This document shows positions 16,541-38,013 of a DNA stretch of 64,000 bases, piece after piece (within the stretch, counting starts at the first letter, position 1; every line of letters starts with the position of its first letter). The position numbers were made by a program, and so were the translations under genes. The notes beneath the pieces are model-generated. The model was not told the origin of the DNA, ran no database searches, and saw only the letters and a program-made list of their open reading frames with translations. This DNA is from the human T2T-CHM13v2.0 reference genome, Homo sapiens, in assembly GCF_009914755.1 (NCBI RefSeq), contig NC_060941.1, one strand, 5' to 3'.

Positions 16541-17124
16541 ACCAAATGGAATGATGCACAATTAAAATACCTGTAAACATTTAGATTAGCTTTCCTTGCA
16601 TGGCCTTTTTATGATTATTTATGAAACGCATTCATAAAATGCATCCCTTTGCTTGAGGTGACTTTTCTCTTTCATAGCTCACTGGCTGGCTCAACATAAC
16701 CTCGACACAACCTTCACTAAAATCAGAAGAGAAATGATCAAACTGTCTCCTGCCAAGTAAGCATTGAGGCAAGAAGGACCAGCTGAGAGGGAAGACGGGC
16801 AGGAGGGCAGCCAGCCTTTCCAAGCACCTGTCTGCAAGTACCAGGGTGAGCATGAAAGGGCATCTGAAATGCAAACCCCAGAGAGACCGATGGTAGCTGA
16901 TCATTTCCACGAAGGCCTTCTGCCATTTGTATTTCACTTAGCTTCTAAGGACAAAAGCAGACAGGCAAGAGGCAGATACCGCACACTCTGCATGCCGAGC
17001 TGTGCTGGACACATCAGGGAGCTTGCCAGGGGATGGGAAGACCGAGGACACACGTCCTACTAACAGAAGGGCCCCTTATAGAGCAATGCGTCCGCACACA
17101 CCAATGACTGTCATTTACTCAGTA

Positions 17125-19560
<2,436 letters not shown>

Positions 19561-20028
19561 CCATTCCATATCTTTTTAAAAAGACACATTTGGTTATCTA
19601 CTGTTGCATAACACATCACTCCAAACCTTCGTAACTTAAATAACTACAACCATTGTATTTTCTCTCACAGCTTCTTTGGGTCAGGAATTCAGGAAAGGCT
19701 TGTCTGCTTGGGGCTGGCCTGGGGTCTCTCCTGCTGCTGCTGCAGGACGATAGCTGGATGGGAAAAGTGGGGGCTGGAGGAGCTGAGGCATCTTTCTCTC
19801 CATACATCTTAGAGGCTCTCCACGTGGACTAGGTGGGGATTTATCAAGGTGTGACAGCCTTGGGGTCCTCAGACTTCTCAATGGGAGGCTCAGGACTCTA
19901 CAGCAAGCACGTCATGGGCTAAGAAGATGGATGGATGCTGCATTCCCTTTAGGACCTAGCCTGAGAAGTCACACAGAGGCACTTCTGCCACATACTATTG
20001 GTTACAAGCGAGTCAACAAACCCCTTAA

Positions 20029-20541
<513 letters not shown>

Positions 20542-21849
20542 TAAACCTAGAAAGAAAAGCAGGTGATGCATCATACCAGGCCTTGTAAGCCACACTTTGT
20601 TATTTTTTTTTTTAAGACACAGAGGCCGGGCGTGGTGGCTCAAGCCTGTAGTCCCAGCACTTTGGGAGGCCGAGGTAGGCGGATCACAAGGTCAGGTGTT
20701 CGAGACCAGCCTGGCCAATATGGTGACACCCCGTCTCTACTAAAAATACAAAAAATAAAAAATAAAAAATCAGCCAGGCGTGGTGGCACGCACCTGTAGT
20801 CCTAGCTACTAGGGAGGCTGAGGCAGAAGAATCACTTGAACCTGAGAGGCAGAGGTTGCAGTGAGTCACGTTCACGCCACTGCATTCCAGCCTGGGCAAC
20901 AGAGGAAGGCTCTGTCTCCCAAAAAAAAAAAAAGAGAGAGAAAGTCTTGCTTTGTTACCCAGGCTGGACAGCAGTGGTGCGATCTCGGCTCACTGCAGGC
21001 TCAAGTTCCTCCACAAGTGCCCCTCAGCGCAGCTGGTTAATTTTTTGTAGAGATGGGGTCTCACTACGTTGCCCAGAATGGGCTCAAGCGATCCACCCAC
21101 CTTGACCTCCCAAAGTGTTGGGACTACGGGTGTCAGCCCTGCACAGAGCCCCACAAGAGTTTAGATCTTGATGTAAATTGTGATGAGGAAGCAATGGAGG
21201 ACTTTTTGGCTTTTTATGTTTTGTTTTTCATCACTGGAGACTTTTAGCAAGAGAGTGAACGGTTTGGTTGTTTTTAAAAGTTTGTTCTAGCAGCTGTGCG
21301 GAAAAAGAGTTCGTGGGGAAGGTTTGAAAGCAGAGACCATTCAGGAGAGGACCCAGAAGTCCCAGTGCCAGACACGGCAGTCGGCCCCAGCCTGGGTAAG
21401 GGACAAGGGAGAGGGTAGGGGACACGGAAGCCCACCAGGTTTCCAGCCAGTCCAGCGGTTTTGTTCACTAAAGTGGAAAACCATGAAGAAGTAAGTTTGT
21501 TTTGGACACATTGGCTTTGAGAGTCCAGGGTAGATGTACGAGGCTGAAACTCAGGCAATAAAAATTGAGGGGAGAATACACAGCATTTAAAAAGGTACAG
21601 GAGGCCGAGCACGGAGGCTCATGCCTGTGATCCCAGCGATCTAGGAGGCCGAGGCGGGAAGATCGATGGAGCCCAGGAGTTCGAGACCAGCCTGAAACCA
21701 AAAATCAAAACTCTTAGCCAGGCGTGGGGATGGGAGGCCAAGGCAGGAGGATCGAGGCACGGGACTGGACGAGATGAGTGTCAGCCCAGGGATTTAAAAT
21801 CTCTCTGCCCACCCTCCCCTTCCTGCGGTCAACTGTCCAGATTCCAACA

Positions 21850-22600
<751 letters not shown>

Positions 22601-23241
22601 CTTTGGGGACCCACCCCCCATTTACCCTTCAGACCGGAAACAGAAGCTCAGTGGTCCCGGACCGAGGTCCTCCTGCTCCCCACACATGCCCGTCAGCAGC
22701 ACGTTGATGCCCCAGCCCCACCCGTGGAGACCATCCACCAACTCTGCGGTCCCTTAGCCCCACACAGAGACCCCTACAGATATCCACCATTCCTAAGAGC
22801 CTTCCAGCCCCACACAAAGACACCCTCTCAACTTCCTAATCCCTCAGCCAAAACTGGCAGTCTTAAACGTCTGCGCCTTCCCCACAGAGGCCCTCCTCAC
22901 AAGACACTTTCCCCACCCCAAACACATTGATGCCACATGAAAGGCCCTCACTCTCATGCACAGAGAAGGGCAGACTCCTGCCTCCCCTCCTCCCACCCTC
23001 TTGCGTTAAGGCTGCCTGCCTGTGGATGCGCGGTAGACACCCACACCCACAGACGTGTGTATTAAAGGTCCTCGCTGCATGGGCTCCCCCTCGCACCCAC
23101 CAAGGGGCAGCCTTGGACTGCACAAACCCCATGACACCAGTCACTGTGACATCCTCCTATAATCCCTGACACCCTCAACCACTCCCCGCTTCATATCAGT
23201 GTAACACCCACAGTGAAACTAAAGGGCGGGGGACACCCTCA

Positions 23242-23436
<195 letters not shown>

Positions 23437-24933
23437 TTAAAAAAACAAACAAGAAAACTAAAGCACAGATCCCCCTCATGCACACACATTCCTAGTCTAC
23501 ACACACAGACTGTTAATACGTTATCCATTCGCGTGTGTAGTCATATGCAGGCAGGAATTGCAGTCTCTCTCAGGGACACCTTCACAAACACACATACCCT
23601 ACCTGCCATAAACCCCAGTCCCTACATCTCACCAAGCTCTTCTTGTAGAACCCCTACATTTCTTGACAAGGGGACTGAGCACCCACTTTGAGGAGAGAGA
23701 GCACAGCAGTGACAGAGAATGCAGGTGCCCGTGAGTGCTGTGAGGCCACTGTCGCCCGTGTGGTCCACCTCAGTGGCTTTGGCTGTCTGGGAGAGGGCTC
23801 TAAGCTCCAGTTCTGGGGCCTGGCCCTCTGTGGCAGAGCTGGCACCAAGGCAAGCAGGAGGCAGAGTGGCAGCCTCGCCCATATGGACCGTGCAGTGTGG
23901 GAAGGGAGCAATGGGAAGATGATAAGTACTTCTCAGGCGTAATACAAAGGCAAGAAAATTCTGCAGTTCAGGTCAAGAAGCCCTGTGTGGCTGGGCACAT
24001 GGCTCACGCCTGTAATCCCAGCACTTTGGGAATTCAAGACCAGCCTGGCCAACATGGTGAAACCCCGTCTCTACTGAAAATACAAAAATTAGCTGGGCAT
24101 GGTGGCAGGCACCTAGAATTGCTTGAACCTGAGAGGCGGAGGTTGCAGTGAGCCAAGATTGTGCCACTGTGCTCCAGCCTGGGTGGCAGAGTGAGACTCA
24201 GTCTCAAAAAAAAAAAAAGCCCTGTGTGTATCTGCAAAAAGAAATTTGGCAGTTCATTGTCCTTTTGGCGTAGCTTTTCACTGTAGAAATTACAGTGACA
24301 TGTGCCTCATACCATCAGCAGGGGGCACCAGATAGTTTCCAGGGCGTAGCAAGGGAGGGAAATGTCAAAAGATGATTTCTTTCTCTCTCCCCTAAAATAA
24401 AAGGACGAGCTGATGAAAGAACCACAATTTGTAGCATTTTATGTGCATGTTAAATAATTCTGAAGTGCTATTGATGTTAAAAAAAAAAATCAGTACAAGC
24501 CATACAGCAGAAGTATTTCTGGCTTGGCATAATACTGCTTTCAGTCAAATTTAGGAAGCTTTTCTGTTGTTTTCCGTTCCTTCCATCATAAAGTGTCTAG
24601 ACTAGGGTAGAGTCACAGACTCCCAGAACTGGGAATGGCCGTGGTGAGCACATGGCGAGGATGGATGAGGGCAGCACGGCCCAGTGGAAAGAATGGGGCA
24701 TTGGGGGCCCAGCCTGCACTCAGGTCCCAGCTCTGCCACTCGCTCATGACATTGGCAAGTTCCTGAACCTTTTGGAGCTTCGGTTTCCTCACCCGAAGAA
24801 TAGGGCCGATCGCCTTTACCCAGACGGCCTGGCTCAGACTGTGTGCTCAATGAATGGTTCCTCCTGCCCTGAAATGATTTCAGCAAAATCACACAGGCAG
24901 GTGGGCACGAGGCTGGTGGGCTTGGCAGCCTGA

Positions 24934-26019
<1,086 letters not shown>

Positions 26020-26444
26020 AAATCTACCCACGACGCTCACAAACTTATAATTCCTCCTCACCACAAGTTTATGTGTTAAAAACCATCATCATAAAAGGAA
26101 ATGAGACCCGTATCTGAAGGAAACAGATGTTCGGTACACGGACGACGCCGACTCTCCCATCACCAAGCTGCCCTCGGTTGCCCAGGAGAGCCACAGTGCC
26201 TTGAGAACATAAGCAATTTAGTGAACAGAGTTCTTTTCAGAATTTCCTTTTTCTTAAGTAAGCATCTCTGTTACTTAATTTCTCACCACAGCTAGATGTC
26301 TATAATCTGCCCCAAAAAGAAAAGAAAGCGTGTAGATGATTTACCTCTTAAGTCTCAATCTCATGGTGAAACTCCTCACACGGTACCTGCTTCTGTTGGC
26401 CGGAGGACGATGCCCTGAACCTCTTGGAGCCTTTTTCTGTTTTA

Positions 26445-26450
26445 ATTAAA
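26445..26450 (+). terminator. Candidate LIAT1 polyadenylation signal (ATTAAA)
   Basis: ATTAAA ~430 nt downstream of the stop codon; usage cannot be confirmed from sequence. Confidence 0.35.
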
Positions 26451-27222
26451 TGCATGGCCTGCCTTTATATGGCCTCAAATAAGTGGGTTCCAGAACTCCA
26501 TCCCTGGGAAGTTACCATGGGAAGTCCCAAGAGGAATACTGCTTCTTTCATAAACATGGTCCTCTCCTAATCCTCCATTATAAAAAGCCTCGCTACGCCG
26601 CGTCTCCTAAATACACATTCCTCCCCTCCACAAGTAGCCAGTGAGTGAGGGCCACGTGCTGTCGTCGTTTGTGCTCTCCCAGAAGCAGCCCCTGAGACGA
26701 GGGTTCAAATGCAAGTAGATTATCTGGGAGGTGAAGAAAGGATGAGTAGAGGGTGATACAGAGAAGGGAAGACGGCCAATCCTGGGACTTTTCTTTTTAG
26801 ACAGGATCCCGCTCTGTTGCCCAGGCTGGAGTACCAGTGGCGAAATCATAGCTCTCACTGCACTCCACCTCGTGGGCTCAGATGATCCTCCCGCCTCAGC
26901 CCCCTAAGTAGCAGGGACTATAGGTGAGTGCCACCACGCCTGGCTAATTTTAAAAATTTTTTGTAGAGATTGGAGGGGGTGTGGTCTCACTATGTTGCCC
27001 AGGCTGGTCTCGAACTCCTGGCCTCAAGCAGTCCTCCCACCTTGGCCTTCCACAACATTACAGGCATATGAGCCACTGTGTCTGGCCCCCCTTCCAGGGA
27101 CTATTAGGCCAGCTTTCATACTGGGCTTAATTCCACAGGGAAACCCACTTCTAGAATTATCCCACCTGGGGGTGAGGAAGCTGGGGTATTTATACTCCCC
27201 AAAGGCATTGGCCGAGGGCTGG

Positions 27223-27224
<2 letters not shown>

Positions 27225-27264
<40 letters not shown>

Positions 27265-27284
27265 TGGCATTTCTAGCTGAAAGG

Positions 27285-27320
<36 letters not shown>

Positions 27321-27337
27321 TGGCATTTCTAGCTGAA

Positions 27338-27380
<43 letters not shown>

Positions 27381-27405
27381 TCTCCTGGCATTTCTAGCTG
27401 AAAGG
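27225..27405. repeat. Compound microsatellite [(GT)n-CCTGGCATTTCTAGCTGAAAGG]x3
   Basis: Directly visible. Confidence 0.93.
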
Positions 27406-29644
27406 TCCAAAGGAAAAGGGTGGTCTCTGGGGAAGCCTCAGCTACCTCAGCAACACCGTGGGTCTGAGAGGGACAGCATGGAGGGCTAAGATGAGATTCC
27501 TGACCTTCAAGAGGTTACAGTGTTCTGGGGTAGACAAAAAATGAATGTACACTGTACACAGGAGAGGTTAAAGCCGATACAGACATCACAGAATGCTCAT
27601 TTGAAAGTTAAGTGAAAATGGCTGGGCGCAGTGGCTCAGGCCTATTATCCCAACACTGGGAGGCTGGGGCAGGTGGATCATCTGAGGTCGGGCATTCGAG
27701 ACCAGCCTGGCTAATATGGTGAAACCCTGTCTCTGGTAAAAGTACAGAATTAACCAGGTATGGTTGCAGGTGCCTGTAGTCCCAGCTCCTCAGGAGGCCG
27801 AGGCAGGAGAATCGCTTGAACCCAGGAGGCGGAGGTGGCAGAGCCAAGATGGTGCCACTGCACTCCACCCTGGGCAACAGAGCAAGACTCTGTCCGAAAA
27901 AAGAAAAAAAAGTTAAGTGGGCATCGTGGTCCCTGCTAGCTCTGGGCTGGCAGAGCAGCCCTCTTCTGACCCTTCCTTAAAAGGCCAGTTACAGTTTCCA
28001 CATTTGCCCTTGCACCCTGTCAAAATATACTGAAGAGACATTTGGAAGAGTCCTCTCCTGCCATGGAGAATGGTTAGCAGACAGGAACGGGCCTCCCTGT
28101 GCTGAGGCCAGGCCTGTCCTCTGCTCTCCATGGAGAGGAAGGGGCAGGAAATACTCCAGTGCCAGCCACAGGACCTCGCTTGTGCCCCAGGGTATTAAAG
28201 GCAGAGACAGAACAGAGGGCAGCCACGGGGCTGGCATCTCATGTGCCCTCCGGGTCTACCACAGTGGCTGGAGCCTGGGGCACAGAGGAGTGTGAGGGTG
28301 CACTGGGCTGAGACGGTCGCTTAGCAGCGCCTTCCATGGCGGTGAGAGGCAGGGGTGGGGGCTGTGGTCATCTCCCAGCTGCGAGGTAACATTCTGGGAA
28401 AGTAGCTAAGATGGCGAGCTTTGACACCAGAGCTGAATTCACCTCTTTCCCACCACATGCTAGCACTGTGGCCCCTGGCAGATTGCTTCACCTCTCCGAG
28501 CCTTAGTTACCTCATCTGAAAACCGGACTGCAAATTCCTGCCTTAGTGCTGTGAGAATCGAGTGCAATGAGGCATCTAGCATGGCGCCTGGCACCCAGGA
28601 AACAAACTACGAGTTTTCATCAGTGGTATTTCAGGTTGACGTGGCCACATGTCTGCTAGAGAGACTGTCCCGAGTAATGGTGTAGACCTTACCTCCTGGA
28701 AGGGTCAGCTTCACAAACGAAATCTGGCTTCAGTGGCTGGCCAAGAGAGAGAATTCACACACAGAGAACAAATGACGGGGGCCCCGGAGCAGGAGAGAGT
28801 GGAGCAGGAAGGAAGCCGGGGCCCTGAAGGCCGGTGCTTAACGTATAATGATAGAAAGCAGGTGGGGTGAAGGTTCCTGGAACACACAAGTAGCTTCAAC
28901 TCAGAACACCTTGGGTTCGAAGTTTGCATATCTTCCTCACACCCAGGCTGTAGCAGTGAGGACTCCTTCAGGGCAAGAAACAAACCACAGTGAAAACCAC
29001 CTTACAGACCAAGGGGAATGGTTGACTTTTTTTTTCTTTTTCTTTTTTTTTTTTTTTTGAGATGGAGTTTCACTCTCGTCACCCAGGCTGGAGTGCAAAG
29101 CACCATCTTGGCTCACCACAACCTCCGCCTTCTGGGTTCAAGCGATTCTCCTGCCTCAGCCTCCTGAGTAGCTGGGATTACAGGCATGTGCCACCACGCC
29201 CGGCTAATTTTTGTAGTTTTAGTAGAGATGGGGTTTCACCATGTTGGCCAGGCTGGTCTAGAACTCCTGACCTCAAGTGATCCACTCGCCTCGGACTCCC
29301 AAAGTGCTGGGATTTACAGGCGTGAGCTACCACGCCTGGCCGGAATGGTTGACTTATAAAGCCAACAGTCCAGGGTTGCCTGTGGCTTCAGTCATGGCTG
29401 GATCCAGGAGGTCACACTGTGTCATCAAAATGTCTCTCTCTGCGTATTTCACCTCTGCCTCCTCCATATCAGCTTTATGTTCAGGCAGGTTCTCATCACA
29501 GGATGACAAAGACAGCCACTGATATCCTTATAATTTTGTAAGGAAAAGAGAGTTACTCCTCTGTCCGTATCCAGTGTCCGTATCAATCCCAAGAAGGTCT
29601 CTGGCCTGGCAGGGGTCATATGTCCATCAGTGGACTAATCGTAG

Positions 29645-29850
29645 CAGCCAGGCGAATACAGTGTTTGATGGCTACAGAGACCTAGAACGTGGAGCAGGGC
29701 AGGGCAGCCCAACAGGATGCAGTGTTTGATGGCTACAGAGACCTAGAACGTGGAGCGGGGCAGGACATCCCAGCAGCCAGGTGAATGCAGTGTTTGATGG
29801 CTACAGAGACCTAGAACGTGGAGCGGGGCAGGGCAGCCCAACAGGACGCA
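29645..29850. repeat. Three copies of a ~60-70-bp unit containing CAGTGTTTGATGGCTACAGAGACCTAGAACGTGGAGC
   Basis: Core repeated at ~29659, ~29720 and ~29788. Confidence 0.88.
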
Positions 29851-30050
29851 TGAACTAAACAGATTGTTACAGAATCTATCCAGAATCTGGCTGGGCGCAG
29901 TGGTTCATGCCTGTAATCCCAGCACTTTGGGAGGCCAAGGCAGGAGGATCACTTAAGGTCAGGAGTTTGAAACCAGCCTGGCCAACATGATGAAACCCTG
30001 TCTGTACTGATAATACAAAAATTAACCAGCGTGGTGGCACGCACCTGTAG

Positions 30051-30476
<426 letters not shown>

Positions 30477-30824
30477 TGACTGGCTAATTTTTGTATTTTT
30501 TGGTAGAGAGGCTAGTCTCAAACTCCTGAGCTCAAGCGATCGGCCCGCCTCAGCCTTCCAAAGTGCTGGGATTACAGGCATGAGCCACTGTGCCCGGCCA
30601 ATCCAGAGTCTGTGTAGAATATAGAGTGATTCCCTAAGAGACGATAAGTAGAACAGGTTTGTCCATTGCTTTCCAAATGAAGAATGATTCCTTTTAATTT
30701 TCACTTTTTAAATGTTTTATACCCCATCCAATGACCTATCAAGAATGATTCATTTTTGGTGAGGCGCCGTGGCTCATGCCTGTAATCCCAGCACTCTGGA
30801 AGGCTGAGGCAAGTGGATTGCTCA

Positions 30825-30992
<168 letters not shown>

Positions 30993-32367
30993 TCAGCCTG
31001 GGTGACAGAGCAAGACCCTGTCTCAAAAAAAAGATATATATTTTTAAAAGCCTCTGACCAAGGGTCATGGGAGTGGCTCATAGGGCTTGAGTCCATCTCA
31101 ATTGACCTGAATTGACTACATGCTTATCTCCAAGACTACAGACCCTTGGACATTGCTATGGAATCCATAAAGACAAACAATGCTCTGTAATCATGGGCCC
31201 GTGAGTTGTTTTGGAGCAGAGTGTGGCAACCTTCAGCACTGTTCAGTAATAACATTTGGGGTTACGATTTGCACCTGGTTTTGGTGACACCTGAGTTTCC
31301 ACCTTTAAAGCTAGTCACGTAGCTAGAATGTGCCCACATGACCAACTCAGAATAGGAGACCCCCAGCATGAGAAGACTCTGGGTTTCCTGGCACCGAGAT
31401 GCTTCGTACACACACAGGTAGTGGTTTGAGACTCAGGAACAAGGCGCTCCTGCGTGAGCCTCGTGAACATCCACCATGGGCCCCACAGGAAGACAAGCTC
31501 AGGGCTGTGGCCGCCTTTATGCGGTTGGCGTGGTAAATGGCCCCCAAGGATCTCTGCCTCCTGGTATTCATGCTCGTCTCTTGAATGCGGGTTGAACCTG
31601 TTGGCTCTTTCTAGTGAATAGAATATGGCAAAAGTGATGGGATGTCACTTCCAAGAGGAAGTTACAAAAAGAGACTGTGTTCAGGAGGAGGAAGAGAAGC
31701 AATGGGTAGGTGGAGACGGGGATATTTAGGGCAATGAGACTATTCTGTATGAGACCAAGATGGGAGTTACATGTCATTATACAGTTGTCCAGACCCTTAC
31801 AATGTACACCAAGAGTGAACCCTCATGTAAACTATGGACTTGAGTTAATAATAAGGTACGAAGGCCGCGTGTGGTGGCTCACGCCTGTAATCCCAACACT
31901 TCGGGAGGCTGAGGCATGAGAACCACTTGAGTCTAGGAGTTCAAGACCAGCCTGGGCAACATAGTGAGACCCTGTCTCTACAAAAAATAAAAAAATTAGC
32001 TGTGCTTGGCAACATGTGCCTGGAGTCCCAATTACTCGGGAGCCTGAGGTGGGAGGATCATCAGCCTGCAGGTCGAGGCTGCAGTGAGCCGTGATCCTGC
32101 CACTGCACTCCAGCCTGGGCGACAGAGTGAAACTCTGTCTCAAAAATACAAAAATAGAGTCTATTTATTAGCAAGAGACAGAGAAAGAGAGAGAAAGAGG
32201 GAATGGGGGAGGCTCTGGTTTCCATGTGACACACTTTTTACTTTTCGTCTTTTTTTTGAGACACAGTCTCACTCTGTTGCCCAGACGGGAGCTCAGTGGC
32301 GCAGTCACAGCTCACTGCAGGCTCAGCCTCTCCAGGCTCAGGTGATCCTCCCACCTCAGCCTCCTGA

Positions 32368-32619
<252 letters not shown>

Positions 32620-33240
32620 TGAGGAAAGGTGCCCTCCGGAAAGAAATGATGTCTCCGCCCAACAGCATGGTGGACCTGAGTCCTGCTACCAGCCACATGA
32701 GTGTGCTTGGAAGCAGGTGGAGCCCAGTTGAGCCTTGAGGTGCCTCCCTCTGTGAGAGACCCCAAGCCGGAGACATCCGGCCAAGAGGCACCCAGATTCC
32801 TGCCCCACAGAAACTGATACAATAACGTTGTTTAAAGCCACTACATTTGGAGGTAATCTTGTTACACAGCAATAACTGACTAATACAGTCGGCCTCTTCC
32901 ATCAGTCACGATTCTCAGTGAGTTGTCTCGCCCTTAATCTGAGGGCTGGAAAGCCCGAAACCCAACATTGTCGTAAGAAACTGCGTTACCCAAGACACCC
33001 ACTGCCAATGCTCAGGGGCCTCTGCATGCATTTCCAGAAACGATGCTGTGGCCTACAGGGTTGAGGTCACTGCGGGGGGAGTTAAGAGCCAGATAAGACT
33101 GAATGGGCCCCTGGCCAGGTGCAGTGGCTCATGCCCGTCATCCCAACACTTTGGGAAGCTGAGGCGGGCAGATCACTTGAGGTCAAGGGTTCGAGACCAG
33201 CCTAACCAACAGCCAATATGGTGAAACCCCATCTCTACTA

Positions 33241-33435
<195 letters not shown>

Positions 33436-35745
33436 TCAGCTTCATTATTTTTGTCAATTTTACGTCAGTAAAGCTGGTGGGGGAAGAATGATGGGGCCCA
33501 CTTGCTATGCTCATACCAGGAGTTGTGTGCAGCTATTTGTATTATGGGTTGTTTTTGTTTGTTTGTTTTTGAGGTGGAGTCTCACTCTGTCACCCAGGCT
33601 GGAGGGCAATGGTGTGATCTCGGCTCACTGCAACCTCTGCCTCCTGGGTTCAAGTGATTCTTGAACACTGGCCTGTGTTATATTTTCATGCCGTGTGTTC
33701 TGTGTCTTGCCTGCACCTTTAATTGTAGCTATAATATCTTATGGCATTTTATAGTTTATATATAACTTCTTCTATCTCATTTGCTCCCTTTGCAGTAGAA
33801 ATTATTTCCATTTTACAACTGAGGCTTAGAGAGGAGGTGATTGCTAGAATTACACAATTCCTAAGAGAATTGCTCTAAGGTCTCCAACTGTCTTTTAGGA
33901 AATCTATATCAAGCAACTGCTAAATATTCAGTTCTCTGTGTGTTGCTGCCAGAATGATACTAACAGTTCCTGTTTCTGTGGCATCTCCTCTGCCCAGGCA
34001 GGTGTTGGCCATTGAACATACATGACTTTGTTTCAGCTCCTCGACAATGTTTGAGGTGCAAGATGCTACAGTTCCCATCACATCCAAGGAAATGGGCACA
34101 GACTGGGAAAGTGACTTGCCCAGGGTCACACCAGGAGTAAGAGGAGACGCTGGGATGTCACACCCAGGCTAGCTGGTTCCAGAGATCCTGCTTTTAATTA
34201 CTGCACTGCAGTATCTAAGACCTCAGCAGGTGGGAGCCAAGCCACACCCCCCAGGGGTCAACAACAATGGGAGGAGATAGATCAAGGCAGCAATGGGAGG
34301 AGATAGACCAATGGGGCTTGTCCGTGGGGTCAGTGGAATGGAAGGACTGGTTTTGGAAGAGAGAAGGGTTCCTGGGAATTGTGGCCAGAAGGGGAGGAGG
34401 GGCCTGGGGAGGTAGAAACCTCTACCACCCGGGCTCCCGAGGGCCCCCATTGTCTCAGACCTCCTGGCCACACTGCGTGTTTGTCCATGGTCTAAGCTGG
34501 GCCTCTGACACCACTGACATCCCCTCTGACCGTCACTGGACAGGCATGTGCCTCCTTCCACCATCCCAGAGCCGTGCTTCCGGGCTCCTCTCCGCAGCCT
34601 CTGCCTGCAGCTCCTGCCCACGCCGTGCCGTTGAGGACCGGAGCCTAAGGCTGCACTGCACAAAATGTGGTCCTGGGACCAGAAGAACCAACATGACAGG
34701 GGCTTGTTAGAAACTCTCTTGTTGGGGGTGCACAGCGGCTCGTGCCTGTAGTCCCAGCACATTGGAAGGCTGAAGTGGGAGGATGACTTGAGGCCGTGAG
34801 TTAGAGAGCAGCATGGGCAACAGAGCCAGAATCTGTCTCTACAAAAAAAAAGAAAAATAGTTGGCCCTCCCAGCCACTCAGGAGGCTAAAGCAGGAGGAT
34901 CAACTGAGCCCAGGAGCTCAAGGTTACAGTGAGCTATGGTTACACCACTGCACTCCAGCCTGGGTGACAGAGCGAGACTCTGTTTCTAAAAAATAATAAA
35001 CATTTTGGCCAGCCAGGTGTGGTGGCGCATGCCTATAGTCTTAGCTACGTGGGAAGCTGAGGTGGGAGGATAGCTTGAGCCTGGGAAGTTGAGGCTGCAG
35101 TAAGCCAAGATCACGCCACTGCACTCCTGCCTGGGCAACAGAGCAAGACTCCCTCAAAAAAATTAACAAAATGTTTTAAAAAGAAACTCCCTTGCTAGTG
35201 GATTCTCAGGTCCTCCCTGCAAACCAGACCTACGGTATCAGAAAAGTCCCAGGTAGCTCCCTGCACATTCACCGTGAGAGGCTCTGGTTGTCGGGACACA
35301 ATTCCCCGTATGGAATTCTCACTCTACTTATGTTTCTCCCCGTCACCACTGGCTACCTTTGATTCAGACTCTCTTTCATAGGATGAATAGCCTTGGAAGA
35401 TAGAGATCGTGTCTCCCTCCAGAGCAAAGGGCAGATTAGCTTCAATGATGACAGAAGATCTCGGTTCCCGGGCTCAGAGCTCCGCTGCTGTAACGTAAGC
35501 CCTTCTGTCCTCATGTCACCTAGAGCCTCTTCCTGTCACCCTGTGGGAAGTGATTCTGAGGAAACCAGGACAATTGCAAACACTCTGGCTACTGCTTTGC
35601 TGTGACTAATAAACATCCTTTGTCTTGTCTCTGGCCCCAGAGTCTCCTGTCTTTAGCTCACATCCATGAAATTGTGGCGGGCGGCCAGGCACAGTGGCTC
35701 ACACCTATAATCCTAGCACTTTGGGAGGCCGAGGTTGGGGGATCA

Positions 35746-35997
<252 letters not shown>

Positions 35998-36192
35998 TTA
36001 TAGCAGGCTAACTTTTTAGCTTGCTAATAGCAGAAAATCTCATTCTTCCCAGTTCGTGACCCTGGTCTAAGGGACAGGCACACTAACCATTTAATTCTCT
36101 GGTTTCTCTACGATTAAATCAGATCACCAGAAACAGTGTGATGTCACCCAAATCTTACTTTTCAAGAAATGCATAGGTAGTGAAGCAAACTA

Positions 36193-36408
<216 letters not shown>

Positions 36409-37105
36409 TCAGGAGGCTGCGGCAGGAGAATCACTTGAACCCAGGAGGTGGAGGTTGCAGTGAGCCGAGATCGCTCTCCACTGCACTCCAGCCTGAGCGA
36501 CAGAACAAGACTTTGTCTCAAAAAAAAAAGTTTTAAAAACACTGACTAGTCCCACCATTAGGAGAGAGAGCCTCATCTGTTTGGATTCATCCTTCCAGCC
36601 TTTTTCTATTAATATATCTAAGTACAGGAAAACAAAATTGCCAGGTGTGTTGGCTCATGTCCGTAACCCCAGCACCTTGGGAGGCTGATGTGGGAGGATC
36701 ACTTGAGGCCAGGAGCTCAAGTCTGCAGTAAGCTGTAGCTGCACTCCAGCCTGGGTAACAGAACAAGACCCTAGCTCTGAAAAAATAAAAAATATGGCCA
36801 CGCATGGTGGCTCAACCCCTGCTCTTTGAGAGGCCAATACAGGAGGATTTCTTGAGGCCAGGAGTTCAAGACCAGCCTGGGCAACAAAAATGAGACCCTG
36901 TCTCTACAAAACATTTAAAAAATGAAAAAGAAAATTAAGGCCGGGCGCAATGGCTCACGCCTGTAATCCCAGCACTTTGGGAGGCCGAGGCAGGTGGATC
37001 ACCTGAGGTCAGGAGTTCGAGACCAGCCCAACCAACATGGGGAAACCCTGTCTCTACTAAACTTACAAAATTAGCCGGGTGTGGTGGTGCATGCCTGTAA
37101 TCTCA

Positions 37106-37246
<141 letters not shown>

Positions 37247-37347
37247 TTAATGGGACAACAATACATAAATTGTTTTTAAATAATTTTCTTAAAAATATGG
37301 CTTGGTGTCCAGGTGCGGTGGCTCACACCTGTAATCCCAGCACTTTA

Positions 37348-37590
<243 letters not shown>

Positions 37591-37792
37591 TCAAAAAACA
37601 AAACAAAACAAAACAAAAATATTTATATATATATATATATGGCATGGATGTCTTTCCAAATCACTAAACTAACATCTGCATCATCGTTTGTGATGTTTGC
37701 CTAGTATTCCACTGTATGAACTGTTTATTCAGTTCTCTATCTGTGGACGTCTAGTTTCTTTTTTTTCTTTTTTCTTTTTTTTTTTTTTTTGA

Positions 37793-38013
<221 letters not shown>

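Noticed and set aside
14749-16545. Three long minus-strand ORFs (598, 452, 462 aa)
   Set aside because: All three frames give the same peptide because a 29-bp unit lacks minus-strand stops; no ATG-led start or splice context; the flanks are L2.
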